The notes beneath the pieces were generated by a model. It saw nothing but the letters and a program-made list of their open reading frames with translations. It was not told the DNA's origin and did not search any database. The translations under genes were made by a program, and so were the position numbers. DNA of 64,000 bases, from IMG/VR virus record IMGVR_UViG_3300046012_000806, positions 6,385-70,384 of that record. The stretch is one strand, 5' to 3'. The DNA is from a virus. Within the stretch, counting starts at the first letter, position 1. Each line of letters begins with the position of its first letter. Positions 57,667 through 64,000 of the stretch are shown one piece after another.

Positions 57667-57934
57667 GCCCGTCAAGCTTTCTCCGCAGGAGCGTCGCCTT
57701 TTGGCGCTCCTGCCGCAGGACGGGACGTGGCTGACGACGCATCAGCTTGCCAGCAAGATTTACGCAGAGGACAATGGCCGGCCGCTCAATGCGCGTCAGG
57801 CCATTGTTGCGCGCGTCAGGTCCATCATAGAAAAATTGCAGTTGATGGACGACCCGCGAACCATTGAGCGCACCACCAGAAGCGGTCCGCACGCTGGCCG
57901 CTTCCGGTTGAATATTCAAACGCGGCGCAAATAG
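57644..57934 (+). CDS. Small winged-HTH-like protein
   Basis: LSPQERRLLALL..LASKIY..VRSIIEKL; start uncertain. Confidence 0.5.
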   Translation: MPSSQKSRPVKLSPQERRLLALLPQDGTWLTTHQLASKIYAEDNGRPLNARQAIVARVRSIIEKLQLMDDPRTIERTTRSGPHAGRFRLNIQTRRK

Positions 57935-58207
57935 CCCCATGCCGACTTTTGAACTCCTGATGCAATCGACCGCAGCGAAGGCCGACGTGTTCTATCGCTC
58001 ATTCACGACCTCACCGGCCACGGCCGATTTGTTCGGGCGCGCGGTTAAGCGCATCCCGTTCACCGACTCTGGCCACGGCATTGTCGCTTCCGTCAGAGAA
58101 CTTGCTCCGGGCGAAAAGCGCAAGCCGAAGGTGACGACATTGATCGGCCATGTGCATTCTTGCATGCATCCGCCCGGTGGGCGCGGCAAAGTGAAAAAGA
58201 AGCGTTA

Positions 58208-59680
58208 GTGAAAAAGATTTACAGTCCCCCATTCAAGCCGCGTGAAAAGCAGTCCGTGGGCTTCTTGAAGATGCGCCAAGGCAACGCGCAAGGGCCGTCG
58301 ATGCGCAACTTTGCGCTTTTGATGGCGATGCGCGTCGGCAAGACGAAGCTGTCGCTGGACGATTTTGGGCAGATTGAACTTGATGGCGAGGCGCGGGATT
58401 TCTTCTTGCTTGCGCCAGGTGGCGTTTACCGGGAATGGGAGGCCGCGATCAAGGAGCACATCTCCGCCGATCTCAAAGGCCGCATGATCCTCAACCTTTG
58501 GGAAAGCGGCCCATCAAGCGGCGAGCGCAAGGCGCGCGACAAGTTTCTCAACACGACCGATCGTCCCCGATTCTTCTTGATGAATATAGAAGCCTTGTCC
58601 TCCGTCGCAGAAGCGCGCGAAGCGGCCGTCAGGTTTTTGAAGGAAGGGAAGACTTACTTCAACATTGACGAAAGCACGATCATCAAGAACCAAGGATCAA
58701 AGCGTACCAAGTTCGTCAACACCAAGCTCTCAGACATGGCGGCGTTCCGTCGGATCATGAGCGGCTTGCCGACGCCGCGCTCGCCGATGGACCTTTATTC
58801 ACAATTTGAGTTCCTGGACTGGCGCATCCTTGGGTTCAAGTCGTTTTTCGCTTTCAGGAATCGTTATGCTATCATCGAGCGCGTCAACTTTGGTGGCCGC
58901 TCAAATGTCCCGATCATCAAAGGTTATCGCGACATTGATAGTTTGTACGAGAAAATCGAACCGCATTCTTATCGGGTGCTGCTTGAAGATTGTTACGACC
59001 TGCCACCGAAGCTCTGGACATTCCGCGATGTCGAGATGACAGCTGAACAAAAGCGCATTTACAAGGAGATGAAAACCTTTGCCACGGCGCAAATCGCTGA
59101 ACAGAGCTATGTGACTGCAACAATCGTCATTGCGCAGATAATGCGGCTTCATCAGATAGTCTGCGGCTTCACGAAAGACGAAGACGGATGCACCCATGAA
59201 ATTCCCGAAAACCGCACAAGCTCGCTCATTGACTTGCTGAACGACTATGATGGCAAGGCAATTATATGGGCTTCGTATGATTACTCAATCCACAAGGTTC
59301 ATGCGGCGATCGAAAAGGAATTTGGGGCCGGTTCATGCGCGCGTTTTTGGGGCGGCAACGTCAAGACCAGAGAAGCCGAGGAGCGGCGGTTCAAGTGCGA
59401 TCCTGGCTGCCGCTTCATGCTGGCGACACCTGACGCGGGCGGACGCGGGCGAGAATGGTCGGTCGCGAAGCTGGTCGTTTATTACTCGTCCAAGAACAAC
59501 CTTGAGCACCGGAACCAAAGCGAAGAGCGCGCGCAAGCGGTCGGCAAGACTGATTCCGTTTTGTATGTTGACATGCGCTGCAAAGGAACCGTCGAAGAGC
59601 CTATCATCGCGGCTTTGAGAGAAAAGATCGACATGGCCTCAGCCATCAATGGTGATTCTTACCGCGAATGGCTGATCTGA
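58208..59680 (+). CDS. SNF2-family helicase
   Basis: MRVGKT, IDES, SGLP, QSEERA; start reassigned to GTG 58208. Confidence 0.85.
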   Translation: MKKIYSPPFKPREKQSVGFLKMRQGNAQGPSMRNFALLMAMRVGKTKLSLDDFGQIELDGEARDFFLLAPGGVYREWEAAIKEHISADLKGRMILNLWESGPSSGERKARDKFLNTTDRPRFFLMNIEALSSVAEAREAAVRFLKEGKTYFNIDESTIIKNQGSKRTKFVNTKLSDMAAFRRIMSGLPTPRSPMDLYSQFEFLDWRILGFKSFFAFRNRYAIIERVNFGGRSNVPIIKGYRDIDSLYEKIEPHSYRVLLEDCYDLPPKLWTFRDVEMTAEQKRIYKEMKTFATAQIAEQSYVTATIVIAQIMRLHQIVCGFTKDEDGCTHEIPENRTSSLIDLLNDYDGKAIIWASYDYSIHKVHAAIEKEFGAGSCARFWGGNVKTREAEERRFKCDPGCRFMLATPDAGGRGREWSVAKLVVYYSSKNNLEHRNQSEERAQAVGKTDSVLYVDMRCKGTVEEPIIAALREKIDMASAINGDSYREWLI

Positions 59681-59688
59681 GAAAACAC

Positions 59689-59717
59689 TTTCTTTTTTAG
59701 AATAAATCAGGCAAACT
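59689..59717 (+). promoter_or_regulatory. Phage promoter
   Basis: TTTCTT-N17-CAAACT. Confidence 0.6.
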
Positions 59718-60175
59718 TTCAGCATGGGGATTTTGCGCAAAACAACAAGAGCGACGTTCGCGTCTGAAGCGATATTCCTCATTGTTTTGCCTGATGTCCT
59801 TTATCCTTTTTATGAGATTGTCCGTCGTCGGCCCTTGAAAAGGTCTCGCGTGCAAGGCCGGTGGCGGACAGCCCTTCTCTCAACAAGAGAGGATTTGAGC
59901 CGCGCGCGTAAGATGACTTGGCGACAGCCCGTGCCTGGGCGAGCCAGGCCGGCAATAAAATCATGAGATCATCAGAGTCTATTGTTGTGTGAAAAAGCAC
60001 CTTGAAAGTCCAACTGATGGCACGCTCCGTGCCGGCGCTTTGCGCCTTATGACGTTGGCGAACCGCCCGGTGCGGCGGGATACAAAACAGCCCAAGACGA
60101 GCGGCGGGGTGCCGTGCATGAGCCACTTCGCCGCTCGTCTTTCATTCATCAAACCCATCCAATGGAGCGAAGCAA

Positions 60176-60637
60176 ATGGCCGAATGCAGCAACCCCCGAC
60201 GAGACGACATAAATTTCAAATATGATCCGGATCGAAGCGTCACAATTCAGTTCAAAGAGCTGATGATGAATTTTGATGTCGGCTTCATGACGACGTCTGC
60301 GAAATTCGCTGAGAGATTTGGTCTGCCTGCGGACGCCATCAGCGCCGCTTTTTCCAAATCAGCCGCGAAGGGATTTTTCGATCGCGCCGCCAACGGCCGG
60401 ACAAATAGCTACCGGCTAATCAAGCCGATAGAAGGCCTGATCGTCCGCGATGCGCCTTGCCGGGGGCTCAGGCCAAGGACGCAAAAGCCAAAGACCATTG
60501 ACCACAAATCCTGGAAAGATAAGTTTTTGACGCTGGCGGCGGACATCGAGACGCTGCTCGATGAGCCGCCAAGCCTCTCCGGCGTTCCGACGGCGGAACT
60601 CGTCAGAGAACTTTACCGACGCGAAGGGAAGAAATAA
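60176..60637 (+). CDS. Putative DNA-binding protein
   Basis: wHTH-like N-terminus; C-terminal LSGVPTAELVRELYRR. Confidence 0.45.
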   Translation: MAECSNPRRDDINFKYDPDRSVTIQFKELMMNFDVGFMTTSAKFAERFGLPADAISAAFSKSAAKGFFDRAANGRTNSYRLIKPIEGLIVRDAPCRGLRPRTQKPKTIDHKSWKDKFLTLAADIETLLDEPPSLSGVPTAELVRELYRREGKK

Positions 60638-60640
60638 AAC

Positions 60641-61120
60641 ATGAGTGCAAATTGTCCGCTTTGCCTTGGCGAAGGCACAATCGCCGGCATGGAGACCGGC
60701 GCCCAAGTCAGGGCAATGCGGATGATAAAAGGATTGTCGCTGAAACGCGCCGCAGAAGAAATCGGCATTTCGATTTCTTATCTGCATTCCGTCGAGCGCG
60801 GGGGCAACAAGCATTCAAGACGCGCCTTGGAGACCGTTCGAGCTTTTCTCGGCGGCGGACTGGCGTTTCCGGACGGAATGGTGATCCCGCTCAATGATCC
60901 TGTTTTGCCGAATGCGCCGACGAGCCGTCCGAGTGTGCTGATGCTTCTTGAACGCTTCATTTTGGCGGAAAGATTCTTGCGCACGCCGGAGGCCGTCGTG
61001 ACGCGCGAGACGGCCTTGAGCTTGATCAGTGCCGGCCGCGCGGAATTGCAACGCGCCTGGGGCTTGGCCGTCACGGCCAAGGCGCAACAAAAGCGGAACA
61101 TGGCCATTGAGGCGGAATAA
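60641..61120 (+). CDS. XRE-family HTH regulator with CxxCxGxG
   Basis: CPLCLGEG; GLSLKRAAEEIGISISYLHSVERG. Confidence 0.75.
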   Translation: MSANCPLCLGEGTIAGMETGAQVRAMRMIKGLSLKRAAEEIGISISYLHSVERGGNKHSRRALETVRAFLGGGLAFPDGMVIPLNDPVLPNAPTSRPSVLMLLERFILAERFLRTPEAVVTRETALSLISAGRAELQRAWGLAVTAKAQQKRNMAIEAE

Positions 61121-61364
61121 AGTTGCGCAAGCTTGCCTGCGGTGCGGGCTGACTGTGCCGGCGAACTGCGGCGTGGCGCTTGATTTTGACCGCGCGAGCC
61201 ACGTGAAACGCCCCGACCGCAAGGGCTTCACCTGCCGCGAAACGCGCAATGCGGCGGCGCAACTCACCTTCGATTGGCCGCCGCCCGCTGGCCAGGGAGC
61301 GGCCGGGGCGGCCGGGGGCGGCCCTTTCCCCCCGGAAAAGTCCTGAATTGGCTCTCCTGCCAAC

Positions 61365-61934
61365 CTATTGGCCGGGGCGAGGCTCCGGCGAGGCCGGCGA
61401 GGCCGGCTCAGGCCGGGGGCGCTCGACCCGGAACGGGACTTCTGCGGCGTAGTACATGCGCTTCAAAACGTCGTCAAGCAGATTGCAATGATACCGCGAC
61501 AAGCTGAACGCGATGTATTGGCCAGACTGCATGGTTTCAGGCAGCGTGATCGGGTAGCCGGAAGCGAATGGCTTTTTGTCGCCAATGAATGACTGGTCAC
61601 GCTCGTCTATGAGCGCGTCGATCGTCTCGCCAGTGGGGCCGTCTGTCCGGCGGATGTAACGCCGCACGTCCAGATCACAATCGTGAAAGCGCGTGGCGGT
61701 GAACGCGACGAAGAAGGTGTCCCCCGGCGCAAACACCGGGTTGGGGGGCTGATCGCGGATGTGCGTGTTTTCCACCAGGCTGCTAGGGCCGTCCAGGTAA
61801 TTTCGCCAAGACATGTAGCCGATGTACGCGATGAACCCGATGCCGAGCACCGCCAGAACCGACAAGGCTACGTTGACGATGTAAGTTCGTAGCTGAAGAC
61901 CGCGAATCACCGCTTTGGTTTCTTCATTGGTCAT
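61365..61934 (-). CDS. Single-TM membrane protein
   Basis: Start ATG 61934; one TM segment followed by a beta domain. Confidence 0.5.
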   Translation of the reverse strand: MTNEETKAVIRGLQLRTYIVNVALSVLAVLGIGFIAYIGYMSWRNYLDGPSSLVENTHIRDQPPNPVFAPGDTFFVAFTATRFHDCDLDVRRYIRRTDGPTGETIDALIDERDQSFIGDKKPFASGYPITLPETMQSGQYIAFSLSRYHCNLLDDVLKRMYYAAEVPFRVERPRPEPASPASPEPRPGQ

Positions 61935-62302
61935 TTTGGGTTGCCTCCAATGTACTTCTGCAAGAGCAGGGCAATCAGCGGTATCGCCACGGCCGTGGCG
62001 AAGAACCCCGCCGCCCATCGGATTACTCTGATGAACGGCCGAACCGAAAGCTCCAGTCTTTGAAGGTCGGCCTTGCGAGCGAAATGATCAGGATTGAAAT
62101 TCGCCATCCTGAACTCAATCGCTGAAATGCGGTCAATTTCAATTTGCTGTTGAATGGTCTGACGCGCCTCAATTTCTCGCAACTGAGCCTTGAACTCAGA
62201 AAATTGAGTTTGGAAGACGTTGCGCAAATCGCCAAGATCATTCCTGATGTCGTGGCGGAGTTCCTGACGCAAGCGGTCAATCTTAGAGCCAATATCGTCC
62301 AT
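61931..62302 (-). CDS. Coiled-coil protein with C-terminal TM (XhlA/holin-like)
   Basis: Topology and location. Confidence 0.45.
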   Translation of the reverse strand: MDDIGSKIDRLRQELRHDIRNDLGDLRNVFQTQFSEFKAQLREIEARQTIQQQIEIDRISAIEFRMANFNPDHFARKADLQRLELSVRPFIRVIRWAAGFFATAVAIPLIALLLQKYIGGNPK

Positions 62303-62389
62303 CGCTGCGCCTTCAGATCAGGATTCCAGTCATTTTGTAGAATTTCCGGCTTGCAAAGTGGCCATCGCTCGCAAGCCGGACGCTATTTT

Positions 62390-62641
62390 TTAGCGGTGAA
62401 ATATGAAACCCGTCCCGAGGCAATTCAGGAGCGCGAAGCAAATCACCACGACGACGATCGCCACTATCGCCCAAAGGACGATGTTGACGACGGAGGCCAC
62501 GAGGCCCCCGGCAACCCCGAGTTGGGCCATCGCCCAAGGCACGATGAGCCGGATGACGGCCACGACGGCGCAAAGGATGATCAGCCGAATGATGAGGTAT
62601 TCGATCCATTCAGTGGAGAGGCACATGGCTTTCCCTTTCAC
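62390..62641 (-). CDS. Small two-TM membrane protein (holin candidate)
   Basis: Two long hydrophobic helices. Confidence 0.5.
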   Translation of the reverse strand: MKGKAMCLSTEWIEYLIIRLIILCAVVAVIRLIVPWAMAQLGVAGGLVASVVNIVLWAIVAIVVVVICFALLNCLGTGFIFHR

Positions 62642-62979
62642 TCGCGGCTGGTGAACCCGGTGTCGCCGGTGTCTTCCTTGAAGGGAACATAGTTCAAGGC
62701 GTCGGCCGGCGCAAAATGGGCGACAGCGCCGATGTATTGAATGGTCGCCCAGTGCTCGACGCCGAAGTCAAGCAAATCGACGACAGCGATGGTCGTCCCG
62801 ATGCCAGGGATCACGGCCGCGAGCTTCTCCGCCAGCGGCGCGAGCTTCGGCTCTGCCGCCACCAGCGCCTTCAGCATGTCGCCATCCCGCAGGGCGGTTA
62901 GGCCCTGGATGAGATAGCCGCCGACGCTCTCCGCCCGCGTGAAGACGGAATGCGCCATTTCCTGCCACGTTGCCATCAT
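62638..62979 (-). CDS. Hypothetical protein
   Basis: Translationally coupled to neighbours. Confidence 0.45.
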   Translation of the reverse strand: MMATWQEMAHSVFTRAESVGGYLIQGLTALRDGDMLKALVAAEPKLAPLAEKLAAVIPGIGTTIAVVDLLDFGVEHWATIQYIGAVAHFAPADALNYVPFKEDTGDTGFTSRE

Positions 62980-63272
62980 TTCACCTGCGCCACGTCAACT
63001 GCGCCCGTGATCACCTTGACCAGCGGATCTTTCAGCAACGGGCAGGCGTCCGTCGCCAGCTTCGCATTCGCGGCCAGAGCATTCTGAACGCGCTGCGACG
63101 CCTTGACATCAACCGCGATTACCTGAACCAGGTTCTGTGCCGACGGCGAACATTCAATGTTCACGATGTCGGTGCCGATCACTTCAGCCAGCCGGGCGGA
63201 AGCGTCAATCTGCGCGGGCGAACAAGCGCCCAGCGACGTAGCGAGAATGGCACAAGAAAAGAATATTTTCAT
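62976..63272 (-). CDS. Lipoprotein (o-spanin candidate)
   Basis: Lipobox LGAC. Confidence 0.55.
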   Translation of the reverse strand: MKIFFSCAILATSLGACSPAQIDASARLAEVIGTDIVNIECSPSAQNLVQVIAVDVKASQRVQNALAANAKLATDACPLLKDPLVKVITGAVDVAQVK

Positions 63273-63883
63273 TTTTTCTCTCCAATGTTGACGACTGGCG
63301 TGGTGATTACGGGGGCGACGGTCGGCGCGGAAGCTTGCAGCTTGCCGATTTCTCCGACAAGCATGTCCGCCAGCTTCTCCGGCGTTGCGCCGACCTTTGC
63401 CGCTTCGTCCGGCAAACGGGCCAGCACCTTGTTTGCCGCTTCAGCTATGCCTGGAGACTTCACGTCAATCGAAGCATTGATTGCGTTGCCGTCCAGTTTA
63501 GCGATCACGACGCCGGCTTGCGTTTTGATGAAGGTTTGCAACAAGGCCAAGGCTCGGTCCTTGTCGTCATTATTCATTTTAACGCCAAGCCAAGCAAGGA
63601 CCTTTTGCGCTGCGAGGCTAACCACACCAACGACCACTAGCGCTACGAATGTCGCCAAATATTCATTGATCTGATCGATCAGAGACTTCGTGAACACGAT
63701 CGTGCCGTCCGATTGGGGCACAGCCGAAGTCGCCCCCGGAGGCGCGACGACCTGCGCCATCAATCCCAGGCCAGGAACCGTTGGCGACGCGCCAAGGCTG
63801 GACATGGTCGGCGGCGGAACGTCCGCCAAGACCGGCGAAGCCGCCAGACCCAGCAGCACAATCATCCATGCAAAAATTTTCAT
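63269..63883 (-). CDS. Exported/membrane protein (holin or spanin-associated)
   Basis: Start ATG 63883; signal peptide, one TM, helical tail. Confidence 0.5.
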   Translation of the reverse strand: MKIFAWMIVLLGLAASPVLADVPPPTMSSLGASPTVPGLGLMAQVVAPPGATSAVPQSDGTIVFTKSLIDQINEYLATFVALVVVGVVSLAAQKVLAWLGVKMNNDDKDRALALLQTFIKTQAGVVIAKLDGNAINASIDVKSPGIAEAANKVLARLPDEAAKVGATPEKLADMLVGEIGKLQASAPTVAPVITTPVVNIGEKK

Positions 63884-63901
63884 CTGTAGTCCCTCTCTTG
63901 A

Positions 63902-63947
63902 GGCCGCCAGAGTTGAGAGAGCTTCCCCGGAGCTAACTCTGGCGGCC
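63902..63947. repeat. Intergenic hairpin, 13-bp perfect inverted repeat
   Basis: ggccgccagagtt ... aactctggcggcc. Confidence 0.75.
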
Positions 63948-64000
63948 AGTCTTGCTCTGGGAAAGTCAGGAAGTAGCCGCCAGCAAAATCGCATCGTCAT

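Noticed and set aside
1-64000. Prophage status, integrase, tRNA genes, endolysin
   Set aside because: None recognised and no host genes present; missing functions may lie outside the window

Overview
The window holds most of a myovirus-type tailed phage genome. An alphaproteobacterial host is inferred from gene content. The DUF1073 portal / DUF2213 protease / DUF2184 capsid / DUF3383 sheath set together with DnaE and ThyX resembles Pbunavirus/Bcep-type phages. Layout: 1-28150 (-) is the late operon (NusG-type antiterminator, terminases, head, neck, contractile tail, baseplate). 28150-29110 is a non-coding divergence region with a low-complexity tract, a phage promoter and a type II hammerhead ribozyme. 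29115-40560 (+) holds early/accessory genes (UvrD helicase, DUF2786, TopoVI-A-like Toprim, Fic). 40537-59680 is replication plus a nucleotide-modification cluster (primase-helicase, SSB-like, FAD oxidoreductase, atypical ThyX, HAD, carbamoyltransferase, SDR, VOC, two DUF6378/Nmad-like paralogues, DnaQ, DnaE, SNF2). 61365-64000 (-) holds membrane/lysis-type genes. The best candidate for an undescribed system is a head-packaged ADP-ribosyltransferase (ART) set: portal-ART-ART and Nudix-ART polyproteins, in which each ART is preceded by A-x-D sites and a KHPR-x3-G(Q/E)F tag. They are paired with a short RF-x-Y-x-x-GDL peptide present three times. Two copies sit directly after an ART gene, one of them an unlisted antisense mini-gene with its own promoter, and the peptide may be a cognate inhibitor. 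No integrase, tRNA, rRNA or CRISPR array was seen. All family calls come from motif recognition by eye, not database searches.
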